Below, piece by piece: positions 9,619 to 19,242 of a stretch of 64,000 bases of DNA; within the stretch, counting starts at the first letter, position 1, and the number at the start of each line of letters is the position of its first letter. Source of the DNA: a virus. The notes below the pieces were generated by a model that saw only the letters and a program-made list of their open reading frames with translations, made no database searches and had not been told where the DNA came from. The stretch is taken from the IMG/VR virus record IMGVR_UViG_3300037427_000542, positions 19,601 through 83,600 of that record; one strand, 5' to 3'. Made by a program: the position numbers and the translations under genes.

Positions 9619-11166
9619 ATGAAACACTTAAATGTGAAAGCCCTACTATTAGTAGGACTATTTTTCGTTATGACACCAGTAAAGGCGTCAGATGTAGAAG
9701 AAGTGATAGTGATCGGAGCTAATATAGCTCAAGGTTATTCTCAGCCAGAGTATGATGGCTCTGTAATAGAAGCATTAGATCCCACAAGAGTCTTTCAGCC
9801 AGGAGGCGTAGGCGGATTTGTAGGAGCAACAACACATGGAACAGATGTAAAACATACAGCTGTATATAGGAACGGAATTCCTGTTAACGACCCTGGCTCA
9901 GGGTGGTATGACTTTGGAACAGAAGTGCCTACATTCCAAACATTTAAAACAATCTCAGGACCTAATAGTACTTTGTATGGTAGTTCTTCAATGGCAGGAA
10001 CAATACTTATGGAAGATACTTTTGATGGCAATAACTTTTTTACTAAAGGAGGAGACGGATTATTCTTTGTACAAGGTGGAACAGACTGGTTTCACATATC
10101 TAGATACAAAGGTTCCAACGGCTCTGTAAAAACAGATAACAACGAAGAAGATTGGTTTGAGAATGTAACACTTAAAACAAAAACAGAACTTGGTAATTGG
10201 AAAATAATTAATGTCCTACAGGATTACAAATATGATTATGATTCCTGTTACGACAGCAGTTGGTCTAAGATAGATACATGTACACAAGAAGGCACTAAGA
10301 CAGATATTTCAGTAAGAAATGATTGGCTTACTGCTGGTTATAGTATGAATGATGTAACACATAACACAGGCTGGTCTGCTAAAAGTGAACGCTATTTTGT
10401 AGATGCTAATAAAGAAGTATTACCTGGTTTAATTCTAGGAGCACAGAACAATCAAGAAAAATATAATGATAAGTGGGATAATAGAACAGGTGTCTATGCC
10501 AACTACAATTTAAATGAATTTGGTTTTGGATATAGATTTGAGGAAAACGAACACATTTATAGAGTAGGTTATACTACACAAGGATTTAATCTATCCCTGG
10601 CAAATAGTTTTAGAAAGCCAAACTTATATGAAAGATATGGTGACGACTGGACATTTGCTAATCCTAATCTAAAACCTGAGAAAGGAAAAGGTGTTGAAGC
10701 ATCTTATGGAGATGTTACAGCATGGTACTACGAATTTTCTGAAGGTATTGATTATAGTTACATGACATCTAGCTATGTGAATGTTGGTTCATACGATAGC
10801 AAGGGCATTAAATATAGTAATCATATTCTAACAGACAAAGGAGCCTTCCATGTGTTCGTACAATACACAGATTCAGACAGAATTAGAGTACCCAAATATA
10901 AAACAAAACTATCCTGGTATGGTGGTTCTGTATATGGATTTGACTACATGTTATCTTATGTAGGACAATTTGAAAAAGGATTAGAGTTTGATGGCAGACC
11001 TATTGATGATGTGTCTACATTCAACTTTAATATGGGATATTATCTAACACCCAGATACCGCGTAGGACTCCAAATTACTGACATTTTAGACAGAAATTTT
11101 GAGATTTTACCCGATTATTCAGCAGGTGGAAGGACAATTTCCTTGTCCTTAGACCTAAGTCTTTGA
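9619..11166 (+). CDS. TonB-dependent outer-membrane receptor (BtuB-like, reduced size)
   Basis: Signal peptide; TonB box EEVIVIG; plug motifs VYRNGIPVND and GPNSTLYGSSSMAGTI; FRKPNLYERY...NPNLKPEKG; C-terminal GRTISLSLDLSL beta strand. Confidence 0.85.
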   Translation: MKHLNVKALLLVGLFFVMTPVKASDVEEVIVIGANIAQGYSQPEYDGSVIEALDPTRVFQPGGVGGFVGATTHGTDVKHTAVYRNGIPVNDPGSGWYDFGTEVPTFQTFKTISGPNSTLYGSSSMAGTILMEDTFDGNNFFTKGGDGLFFVQGGTDWFHISRYKGSNGSVKTDNNEEDWFENVTLKTKTELGNWKIINVLQDYKYDYDSCYDSSWSKIDTCTQEGTKTDISVRNDWLTAGYSMNDVTHNTGWSAKSERYFVDANKEVLPGLILGAQNNQEKYNDKWDNRTGVYANYNLNEFGFGYRFEENEHIYRVGYTTQGFNLSLANSFRKPNLYERYGDDWTFANPNLKPEKGKGVEASYGDVTAWYYEFSEGIDYSYMTSSYVNVGSYDSKGIKYSNHILTDKGAFHVFVQYTDSDRIRVPKYKTKLSWYGGSVYGFDYMLSYVGQFEKGLEFDGRPIDDVSTFNFNMGYYLTPRYRVGLQITDILDRNFEILPDYSAGGRTISLSLDLSL

Positions 11167-11207
11167 TCTAACAGGAGAAAAGACTTCAAAAGATTAGCAT
11201 AAAGTGC

Positions 11208-11236
11208 TTGACTCTTGGTTCTTAAGAGTGCATAAT
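11208..11236 (+). promoter_or_regulatory. Sigma70-type early promoter, shared family
   Basis: TTGACT-N17-CATAAT with overlapping ACTCTT-N7-AAGAGT inverted repeat. Confidence 0.85.
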
Positions 11237-11276
11237 AGTATACATAATAAAGAAACAAGTAAAAAGTGAGGACTTT

Positions 11277-13829
11277 ATGCCAAATCAAATAGAAGTAAAA
11301 TCAATATTAGCCAAGTTATTAGCTACTGAAGACATCAGTGTTGAGCATGATGCGAAAGCACCAACAGCAGCATTTGATGTTAAAAACAGAAAGCTATATC
11401 TTCCAATGTGGAAGGACATGTCTAATGATATGTACGATCTATTTGTTGGACATGAAGTAGGACATGCACACGAAACTCCAGAAGAAGGATGGCATGATAC
11501 AGTTATTGATAACCCTTCACTTAAAGGCTTTCTTAACATTATAGAAGACGCTAGAATTGAGCGTAAAGTAAAAGAAAGATATCCTGGACTTGTTAAGTCA
11601 TTCCACAAAGGCTACCAAGAATTATTCGACAAAGACTTTTTTGGTGTTAAGGATAGAGACTTAACCAAACTTCCATTTGTAGATAGAGTAAATCTTCATT
11701 TTAAAATTGGACACTTACTTGGTCTTAAATTTACAGAAACAGAACAGAACTTCCTAGACAGAGTTGCAAAGACTGAAACATGGGAAGATGTAGAGTTACT
11801 TGCTAATGAACTAGCAGACATTTCCAAACAAGAAGCTGAGGACAGACAAGACGAACTAGAACCACTTCAACAGATGTTAGATGATTTAATGTCAGAAATG
11901 AATGATGCTCAAGAACAACAACCTTCATGGGACGACTATCAACCAGCTCACCAGAAAGAAGAAGAGTCAGAAGATGGCGAGGGTGAAGGCGAAGGCGAAG
12001 GTGAGGAAGACGATACTAAAGATGAATGGGGTAACCCTAAGCCAGGTACTCCAGGCGGTTCACAAGGCGAAGACGAGACAGAAGAAGAGTACTTAAAAAG
12101 AAACGAGAAAGAATGGGAAGCAGAACAACTAAAACGCCAAGAAGAAAGAGCTCGTAGACAAAAAGAATGGGAAGCAGAACAAAAAGCTGAAGAACTTTTT
12201 GCCAAAGACAAACAAGAAAACAAAAAGAAACAAGAAGAGCTTAAAGAAGCTATTGAAGAAGTTGAAAAGATGCATGGCTTCCTAGACAACGAAGGCCAAA
12301 AATCAATTACAGATGAGGAGTTTAGAAGAAACGAATCAGAACTTGTTGATGTAGACGCTAAACCAATCCAATACATTAGCCCTCAGAAAATGTTCAAGTC
12401 TAAAGACTGGATTGTTTCAATGGACGAACTATATGATTGGGAAAAATCAATTGAATTATCAGAAGTTACAAAGACTAGCGATGAATATTATGGTTATGAC
12501 GATAAAGAAGTTCCTAACTCAGAACTTAAAGGCATAGCTTCTAAGTTATATCAAGAGTTTCTTAAGGACACAGCTCCAGTAATAGCATCCATGGCTCAAC
12601 AGTTTGAACTTAAAAAAGCAGCAGCTGCTAACAAGAAGGCTAGAGAAGCTAAGTCAGGTGATCTTAATGAGGACAAGCTTTGGGCTTACAAATTGACTGA
12701 GGATTTATTCCAAAAGAATATGATTGTTCCTAACGGTAAGAATCATGGTATCATAATGTATGTTGATTTATCAGGTAGCATGCACAGACAAATGGAAGGT
12801 ACTCTAGAACAGATGATGAATATGGCAATGTTCTGCAGAAAAGTTAACATTCCATTTGATGTATATGGTTTCTCAAACAATCGTCCATATGATTATGATA
12901 CTAGAGAGTCTACTAGTCCTTGGAGTGAGAATAGAGACATGAACAAAAAGGCAATGCAGAATGTAGAAGACGGCGAAATCCTAATGACGGATGAGAATTT
13001 TGCACTTGTTCATATGTTAAGCTCAACATGTAAGAAAACAGATTTCATCAACGCAATGTCATACTTATTACTTATGAAAATAGGTTATGGTAGAGGTAGA
13101 TATTACTCAGATGTTTATAATAATGATAACCCTTACCATGGAAATATCAGTAACGAATACTTTAGACTAGGAGGCACACCTCTTAATTCAGCAGTAATAC
13201 TAGCAACTGAAGTGGCTAAGACTTTCCAAAAGAAATACAATGTAGAATTACTTACTACAATATTCTTAACAGACGGTGGTGCTACAGACGGTGTTACATA
13301 CAGAAAAGCAGAAAGAGACTCTGAGGACAGAGTAGGAACTGATAGTGTATACTCAGATCAGATTGCTATTAAAGACGGTCCAATAGTAACTAGACTTCCA
13401 CAGAAAGATGGTTACTCCAGAAGAGATAATGTTACTACACAGACACTCTTAGAACATTACAAAAGAGTTACTGGCTCTACACTAATCAACTTCCACATTG
13501 TTGACGGTAAAAGAGATGCCTTCCACTCAGAACATCAAGCAGATGTTTGGATGGATGAAGGTAAAGAAGCAGATTACTATATGTCCAGCGATTGGATTGA
13601 GAATGTATGGAAAGATGTACTTGCCAAGAAGTTTGCAGTTACTACTCCTAAATTTGGATACGACGCTAGGTTCCTTCTTAAAGGCAGAGATGATCTTAAG
13701 ATTGAGAACAAAGAGTTAACTGTTAAGTCTAATAAGAAAGGAGACTTACTTAGAGGTTTCAGAAACTTCAACAAAGGCAAGAAGACTTCTAGAACATTCC
13801 TTAACCAAATCATCGATATGGTAGCTTAG
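11277..13829 (+). CDS. CobT-like metallopeptidase/vWA protein (partner of MoxR ATPase)
   Basis: N-terminal HEVGH and NIIEDARIE; acidic linker; vWA MIDAS DLSGS, GGTPL, LTDG. Confidence 0.85.
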   Translation: MPNQIEVKSILAKLLATEDISVEHDAKAPTAAFDVKNRKLYLPMWKDMSNDMYDLFVGHEVGHAHETPEEGWHDTVIDNPSLKGFLNIIEDARIERKVKERYPGLVKSFHKGYQELFDKDFFGVKDRDLTKLPFVDRVNLHFKIGHLLGLKFTETEQNFLDRVAKTETWEDVELLANELADISKQEAEDRQDELEPLQQMLDDLMSEMNDAQEQQPSWDDYQPAHQKEEESEDGEGEGEGEGEEDDTKDEWGNPKPGTPGGSQGEDETEEEYLKRNEKEWEAEQLKRQEERARRQKEWEAEQKAEELFAKDKQENKKKQEELKEAIEEVEKMHGFLDNEGQKSITDEEFRRNESELVDVDAKPIQYISPQKMFKSKDWIVSMDELYDWEKSIELSEVTKTSDEYYGYDDKEVPNSELKGIASKLYQEFLKDTAPVIASMAQQFELKKAAAANKKAREAKSGDLNEDKLWAYKLTEDLFQKNMIVPNGKNHGIIMYVDLSGSMHRQMEGTLEQMMNMAMFCRKVNIPFDVYGFSNNRPYDYDTRESTSPWSENRDMNKKAMQNVEDGEILMTDENFALVHMLSSTCKKTDFINAMSYLLLMKIGYGRGRYYSDVYNNDNPYHGNISNEYFRLGGTPLNSAVILATEVAKTFQKKYNVELLTTIFLTDGGATDGVTYRKAERDSEDRVGTDSVYSDQIAIKDGPIVTRLPQKDGYSRRDNVTTQTLLEHYKRVTGSTLINFHIVDGKRDAFHSEHQADVWMDEGKEADYYMSSDWIENVWKDVLAKKFAVTTPKFGYDARFLLKGRDDLKIENKELTVKSNKKGDLLRGFRNFNKGKKTSRTFLNQIIDMVA

Positions 13830-13974
13830 ATGATAGAACTACTAGAAAACGGCTCTACTAGCACCCCTCTAAGGGGTGGCCTAGTACCAGGTAATACACT
13901 AGGTACCCTGGATTTAGCCCCTGCCATAGCCCCTCTAAGGGAGAAAAAGATTTCAAAAGAATGTAATAAAATGC

Positions 13975-14003
13975 TTGACTCTTGGTTCGCCAGAGTGCAT
14001 AAT
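13975..14003 (+). promoter_or_regulatory. Sigma70-type early promoter, shared family
   Basis: TTGACT-cttggttcgccagagtg-CATAAT. Confidence 0.85.
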
Positions 14004-14040
14004 ACATGTATATTAAATAATAAAAGTGAGGACTTATATA

Positions 14041-15228
14041 ATGAAAGCAATAGATAGAGAAAACTTAATCCAGACCCTACAGTCACAGGACAACGGTACT
14101 GGAGTTTTTACCCGTAAACAAATCATCGAAACAGCTAGCTCAATAGGCTTAGGTTTCCCAGCATGGTTGGTGAACGGCAAGCCAGAAGTCAAAGTTGACA
14201 GAGGCGTTTATAATTTAACCAGTATGTTTGGTGGACAGGTTGCTCAGGCACAGCCCATTGAACAGGCTCAACAAGCACCTTTAGCAGTGGTTGAAACCCA
14301 AGCTCCACAGGTGTTGGTACAAGCTAAATTAGCTGTAGAAGTAGACGATCTTATCCCAGGAAAAGATGCTACTTTTGTACCATTTGGATTTTACAAGGAC
14401 TTGAAAACAGTTCTTAGCACTAGCATGTTCTACCCAATATTCATTTCAGGCTTATCAGGTAATGGTAAGACTACAATGGTTGAACAAGTATGTGCAAACC
14501 TAAAGCGTGAGGCTATTAGAGTAAATATTAGTATTGAAACTGATGAGGATGATTTAATCGGTGGCAATACACTAGTTGACGGTAATGTCGTCTATAGAGA
14601 AGGGCCCGTCCTCACCGCGATGAAGCGGGGCGCTGTTCTCATACTTGATGAAGTGGATAGGGGTTCGAACAAGCTGATGTGCTTACAAGCCATCCTTGAG
14701 GGGAAGCCTTACTTCAACAAGAAGACTGGCGAAACCGTAACTCCTGCTCCTGGATTTAACTTAGTGGCCACGGCCAATACTAAGGGTCGAGGTTCAGATG
14801 ATGGCAAATTTATTTCTGCCAACATACTCGACGAGGCATTCCTTGAAAGGTTTGCAATCACAGTCGAGCAGGAGTACCCTACAATGGCTACCGAGAAGAA
14901 GATTATTGTTAAGAAGATGGAAAAGGTCAACAATGTAGACCAAGACTTCGCGACACACCTTGTTACTTGGAGTGATGTTATTCGTAAAACATATTACGAA
15001 GGTGCCATCGACGAACTTATTTCAACTCGTAGGTTGGAGCACATTGTTAACGCTTTTGCAGTGTTCAAGGACAAGCAAAAGGCTGTTCAACTTTGTGTTA
15101 ATAGGTTCGACGAAGACACAAAAGAGGCATTCATTGATTTGTATGCCAAGGTTGATCCAACTGTTGAATTAGAACAGCAGATGGAAGAAAATGCAGAACA
15201 GGAGATACATGAAGATGGCGAAGAATAA
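14041..15228 (+). CDS. CobS-like MoxR-family AAA+ ATPase
   Basis: GLSGNGKT Walker A, LILDEVD Walker B, TANTKGRG, AFLERF, ISTRRL; GAGG SD. Confidence 0.9.
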   Translation: MKAIDRENLIQTLQSQDNGTGVFTRKQIIETASSIGLGFPAWLVNGKPEVKVDRGVYNLTSMFGGQVAQAQPIEQAQQAPLAVVETQAPQVLVQAKLAVEVDDLIPGKDATFVPFGFYKDLKTVLSTSMFYPIFISGLSGNGKTTMVEQVCANLKREAIRVNISIETDEDDLIGGNTLVDGNVVYREGPVLTAMKRGAVLILDEVDRGSNKLMCLQAILEGKPYFNKKTGETVTPAPGFNLVATANTKGRGSDDGKFISANILDEAFLERFAITVEQEYPTMATEKKIIVKKMEKVNNVDQDFATHLVTWSDVIRKTYYEGAIDELISTRRLEHIVNAFAVFKDKQKAVQLCVNRFDEDTKEAFIDLYAKVDPTVELEQQMEENAEQEIHEDGEE

Positions 15229-15523
15229 AACGCCAGAGTATAAGTTCAACGAAGGAGCTCTCATTAGGGAGCTCCAATCGTATATCGACAAGACATACTC
15301 TGGACATTACAGCAGAAACAAATTTCAATCCACAGAATTTATTAGTGATTGTGGACATGGAATTGGATTTACAATTGGAAACATTCTGAAATACGCACAA
15401 CGATATGGTAGAAAAGGCACCACAGAGGACCATAGAAAGGATCTTATGAAGGTATTACACTACGGCATTATAGCGCTCTCAGAACACGACAAAAATACCG
15501 TAAAGCATTATTTAGACGATTAA
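15215..15523 (+). CDS. Conserved phage protein, DUF3310-like
   Basis: TYSGHY, GFTIGNILKYAQRYGRK, DLMKVLHY; start could be 15209. Confidence 0.75.
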   Translation: MAKNKTPEYKFNEGALIRELQSYIDKTYSGHYSRNKFQSTEFISDCGHGIGFTIGNILKYAQRYGRKGTTEDHRKDLMKVLHYGIIALSEHDKNTVKHYLDD

Positions 15524-15528
15524 ACTCT

Positions 15529-15536
15529 TATAAATA
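15529..15536 (+). promoter_or_regulatory. T4-type late promoter
   Basis: Exact TATAAATA in the intergenic gap before ORF 15571. Confidence 0.75.
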
Positions 15537-15570
15537 AGATAGTAAGTACAGTTTAACTAAAGGAAAAACA

Positions 15571-15897
15571 ATGGCGTATACAGTAACAATGACATTTACG
15601 AGACCAGATGAGTCAACTGAATTGCCTACTTTACAGGCGATCAATTCATCTCACAAGACATCTGCTGACACAGTAATGTCAGAGAACGGTGTTGCTAAAA
15701 CTTATGATATAGATGGACTAGTAACAAGAGTCATCTATACTGCAGAAGATAAAGCTACATACGATAGTGCTAAGGCACTTGCTGATGATTTATCAGATGA
15801 ATCAACAGTTAGAACAACATATAAATCGCAATGTGAAGCAGCTAATATTACTTGTTCAGTGGTAGATTCAGACGGTACTACAATCACAAGTTTCTAA
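15571..15897 (+). CDS. Hypothetical Thr/Asp-rich late protein
   Basis: SD AAGGA and late promoter upstream. Confidence 0.7.
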   Translation: MAYTVTMTFTRPDESTELPTLQAINSSHKTSADTVMSENGVAKTYDIDGLVTRVIYTAEDKATYDSAKALADDLSDESTVRTTYKSQCEAANITCSVVDSDGTTITSF

Positions 15898-15916
15898 AAC
15901 AACAGAGGTTTATATT

Positions 15917-16678
15917 ATGAATTTTGGTGAAAGAATAAATTACGAGCTTGACAATCATGTCGCCGTTTTAACAGTAAACGGAGTAGGTCCTCTCAATATA
16001 ATCGACATACCGTTTTACAACGGATACAACGATGCTCTAGTAGAATTTAGAGAAGATGATTCTAGAGTTTTACTTATCAAGTCAGGCAATCCAGATCACT
16101 TTACAGCAGGTTTTGAAGTAGACACAATCATTGAAGGCATGAAGTCAGGCGCTGCTGGTAATACAATTACAGACAATGATATGGTTACACCTAAACCTAT
16201 TATATCAGCAATCAAAGGTTTTTGTATTGGAGAAGGTGTAGGTTTGATGTTGGCAAGTGATTTTGTATTTGCAGATTCTAATCTAAAAATTGCCTGTCCA
16301 GAAACAAAACTAGGATTTAATGCTGTTACAATGCAGGTTAAATTCACTCAAAGAATTGGACACAATAGAACAATGGAATTTATGATGGGAGACATGCACG
16401 ATGTTCATTGGTTAGATAGAGTAGGATTATGTACAAAGATATGTGATGGAGATGCTGAAGAACAAGCACTAGCATATGCACATAAAATTGCCAATAACAA
16501 TGCACCTATTGCAGTCAGAGGAACAAAAGGTGCCATATGGCATACAGTAAACTCTCATAAGGACGAAGCCATAGACTTTGCTTTGTGGGCTAAGGACATG
16601 ACATTAGACTCTAAAGATATACAAGAAGGTGTGGCAGCTTTCCTAGAAAAAAGAGCACCTGAATTTAAAAATGAATAA
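15917..16678 (+). CDS. Enoyl-CoA hydratase/isomerase (crotonase) family
   Basis: FTAGFE, PKPIISAIKGFCIGEG, PETKLG, EGVAAFLEKRAPEF. Confidence 0.9.
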   Translation: MNFGERINYELDNHVAVLTVNGVGPLNIIDIPFYNGYNDALVEFREDDSRVLLIKSGNPDHFTAGFEVDTIIEGMKSGAAGNTITDNDMVTPKPIISAIKGFCIGEGVGLMLASDFVFADSNLKIACPETKLGFNAVTMQVKFTQRIGHNRTMEFMMGDMHDVHWLDRVGLCTKICDGDAEEQALAYAHKIANNNAPIAVRGTKGAIWHTVNSHKDEAIDFALWAKDMTLDSKDIQEGVAAFLEKRAPEFKNE

Positions 16679-17627
16679 AGAGGATCAACCTTTAAGACAA
16701 ACAAGACTAGGAGAGCATGGTTGTTTATCCTTTGCAGCTAGTCCTGGTTTAAAATATAAATGGTTATTACATGAGTCCCCAAGTTGGTTTGCCAGAGCTA
16801 AGAAAGTTCAAGGACCTGATTGGTATTGGAGTGGAGATGTAGAGCCAGTAGAATATGTATTTGATTCTTTAGGTTTTAGAAACAATAAAACAATACAAGA
16901 AATTAGCAACAATAAAAAATGGTGGTTAGTTGATGGTTCCTGTCTTGGCCTGGCTCCTGGAGTTCATACAAAAGATATGATGTCTAATGCTATAACTGAA
17001 TACACAGACATTCCTACCTATAATATGAGTATATATGGAGGAAGACCTGAGTTTATTGTTAATAATATATTAGAACTGTCTAAAAGATGGCAGAACCCAC
17101 CTAGTAAAATTATATTATACCTGGCAGAAAATCCTACAGGAACATACAAATTAAAAAATTCTAATCAAATTATAAATTTGGATTATGCTGGTTCTATGTT
17201 AAAGGGTGGCAAGGCTTTTGACTTTTTTAAATCCTATGAGGAAGAAAGTATTTCAGTAGGTCAACATAGGTTGGCATATAAAACGATAATAGATTTGTGT
17301 ATGAGTTTAAATATACCTTTAACTTGGCTCTACGCAGGATATGAATCCGATCTATCTATTCCTAATTTTGATATTTTTCAAGATCAGGATATTTTAGAGT
17401 GGTTCGGTTTTGCATCAACAGGATTTTTTGAAAAGGATGATTCTTTTGAAGTGAAACAAAACAAAGTTAAGGATATGATTATAAAACCTTTTATTGAATG
17501 CAAACAACCTTCAGATAAAACATTAGATGAAGTGGGGCGAGACTTATATCACCCTAGTGCAGCACAACAAAGGTTGTGGGCACAGAAAATTACACAACAT
17601 TTTCTGGAAACAAAAAGAAACTTTTAA
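16671..17627 (+). CDS. Hypothetical protein, SGNH-hydrolase-like
   Basis: DSLGFR, GSC block, C-terminal RDLYHP (DxxHP). Confidence 0.55.
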   Translation: MNKEDQPLRQTRLGEHGCLSFAASPGLKYKWLLHESPSWFARAKKVQGPDWYWSGDVEPVEYVFDSLGFRNNKTIQEISNNKKWWLVDGSCLGLAPGVHTKDMMSNAITEYTDIPTYNMSIYGGRPEFIVNNILELSKRWQNPPSKIILYLAENPTGTYKLKNSNQIINLDYAGSMLKGGKAFDFFKSYEEESISVGQHRLAYKTIIDLCMSLNIPLTWLYAGYESDLSIPNFDIFQDQDILEWFGFASTGFFEKDDSFEVKQNKVKDMIIKPFIECKQPSDKTLDEVGRDLYHPSAAQQRLWAQKITQHFLETKRNF

Positions 17628-17643
17628 ATGGTCCTATAGACCA

Positions 17644-17672
17644 TTGACTTTTAGTATGTAAGAGCCTATAAT
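17644..17672 (+). promoter_or_regulatory. Sigma70-type promoter of gp45 operon
   Basis: TTGACT-N17-TATAAT, preceded by TGGTCCTATAGA box. Confidence 0.8.
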
Positions 17673-17703
17673 ACGGTTATAGGTTTAAAAATTGGAGTAT
17701 ATT

Positions 17704-18366
17704 ATGAAACTTAGCAAAGAAACACTTGATGTTCTCAAGAACTTCGCAACTATTAATACGAACATTCTTGTTCGTGAAGGAAATTCGCTCTCGACTATTA
17801 GCACAGGCAAAAACATTTTTGCTAAAGCTGATATTAAAGATCCATTTCCTAAAGAGTTTGCTGTTTATGATTTGAACAGCTTACTTTCCCTACTTACTGT
17901 AATGGAAGATACTGATGTTGGCTTTGGAGACGAAAGTCTTAAAGTTAGCAAAGGCAATTCTGTTTTTGAATATTTTTATGCAGACCCTAACATTATTGTT
18001 AGTGCCCCTGATAAGAATATCGAAGTAGACAACTTCTTCCAGTTCGACTTATCCAAAGATGACATTGACATGATAATGAAGGCAGCAGCTATTACAGCAG
18101 CTCCTATGTTAAGCGTGATAGGAGATGGATCTGAGGTAGTAGTTACAGTAGGAGACCCTGCTACACCTAAGTCTAATTCTTTTAGACAGGTTATAGGACA
18201 AACAGATAAAACATTTGATGCTAGACTAGCTGTTGAAAACTTTAAGGTTGTACCTTCAGGCTATACAGTTATTTTATCTCAGAAGAAATTTATGTTCTTA
18301 GAAAGCAGCAACAATAACTTAAAATATTGGTTGGCGCTTGAGCGTTCATCAGTTATTGGAGAATAA
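17704..18366 (+). CDS. gp45: Sliding clamp, T4 gp45
   Basis: MKLSKETLDVLKNFATIN, FAVYDLN, YWLALE. Confidence 0.95.
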   Translation: MKLSKETLDVLKNFATINTNILVREGNSLSTISTGKNIFAKADIKDPFPKEFAVYDLNSLLSLLTVMEDTDVGFGDESLKVSKGNSVFEYFYADPNIIVSAPDKNIEVDNFFQFDLSKDDIDMIMKAAAITAAPMLSVIGDGSEVVVTVGDPATPKSNSFRQVIGQTDKTFDARLAVENFKVVPSGYTVILSQKKFMFLESSNNNLKYWLALERSSVIGE

Positions 18367-18368
18367 AG

Positions 18369-18545
18369 ATGGGAGAAGATCAACTAGAAGTAACTATCCG
18401 TGAAGCACAGAATGGCTGGGTAGTTGAATTAAACCGTGAAGGTGAGACAATGGAGTACATTTTCACAAGACCTAATCCAGCTATCAACTTGGTTAGGAAA
18501 GTAATGAAGGGAGAACTAGACCCTTTTGGAGGAGACGATGAGTAG
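18369..18545 (+). CDS. Small hypothetical protein (58 aa)
   Basis: Manual translation MGEDQLEVTIREAQNGWVV...; GGAG SD; fills the gap. Confidence 0.65.
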   Translation: MGEDQLEVTIREAQNGWVVELNREGETMEYIFTRPNPAINLVRKVMKGELDPFGGDDE

Positions 18546-19173
18546 TTTGACACCAGTAGTACCTGATTTCACAGTTAAGAAAACTGTGATGACTACAACA
18601 GGAGAAAGAAAGTGGGTTGAGATGAATAATGCTAATCTTTTCGACGGCAAGCGTGTCGTTGTTTTTGGTTTGCCTGGAGCATTTACACCTACATGTTCAA
18701 GCCAGCAATTGCCTGGTTATGAACAAGCGTATTCTCAATTTAGAGATGCAGGTATTGACGACATTTATTGTGTTACAGTAAATGATTCTTTTATTTGCCG
18801 TGAATGGGAAATAGATCAAAATTTAGTTAATGTAAAAATTATTCCTGATGGTAGCGCAGAGTTTACAGTTAAAATGGGTATGGATGTTCGTAAAGACAAT
18901 CTAGGGTTTGGAATTAGATCTTGGAGATACGCAGCTATTATAGACGATGGACATGTTATTCAAGAATTTGTAGAGCCTGGCTTCGCAGACAATTTTGAAG
19001 GCGACCCATATGATATAAGTGCACCTGACAATGTTTTAGATAATGTTAAGGCCTATGGATGGCCTAGCAAGTATGAACAAGGCGTAGATGCTAACGGTAG
19101 TCCAACTACTGAAGGTAAGCAAATTAATCTAGAGTTCTCAGAAACGACAGATGTTAAGGAGACTTTTTCCTAG
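18538..19173 (+). CDS. Peroxiredoxin (Prx5-like)
   Basis: LPGAFTPTCS, VNDSF, GFGIRSWRYA; GGAGG SD. Confidence 0.92.
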   Translation: MSSLTPVVPDFTVKKTVMTTTGERKWVEMNNANLFDGKRVVVFGLPGAFTPTCSSQQLPGYEQAYSQFRDAGIDDIYCVTVNDSFICREWEIDQNLVNVKIIPDGSAEFTVKMGMDVRKDNLGFGIRSWRYAAIIDDGHVIQEFVEPGFADNFEGDPYDISAPDNVLDNVKAYGWPSKYEQGVDANGSPTTEGKQINLEFSETTDVKETFS

Positions 19174-19242
19174 ACCTTTTTACCCTCGGAAAAAGTGGCC
19201 AAGATTTTGGAGCAAAAAAAGTTCGCCTAATTTGGAGATGAT

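Noticed and set aside
11971-12010. GAAGGC/GAAGGT short tandem repeats
   Set aside because: They simply encode the Gly-Glu acidic linker of the vWA protein.
13826-14086. ORFs 13830-14057 (+) and 13826-14086 (-)
   Set aside because: They span a palindromic intergenic element and a clear promoter, with no SD or recognisable motifs.
11277-15228. CobT/CobS-like genes as cobalamin biosynthesis genes
   Set aside because: MoxR ATPase + vWA pairs are common in T4-like phages. No CobN or other cob genes are present, so a chaperone-type role is more plausible.
19174-19242. Intergenic CTTTTT..AAAAAG weak inverted repeat before gp44
   Set aside because: Pairing is mostly A/T runs and there is no second copy in the window, so support is too weak.
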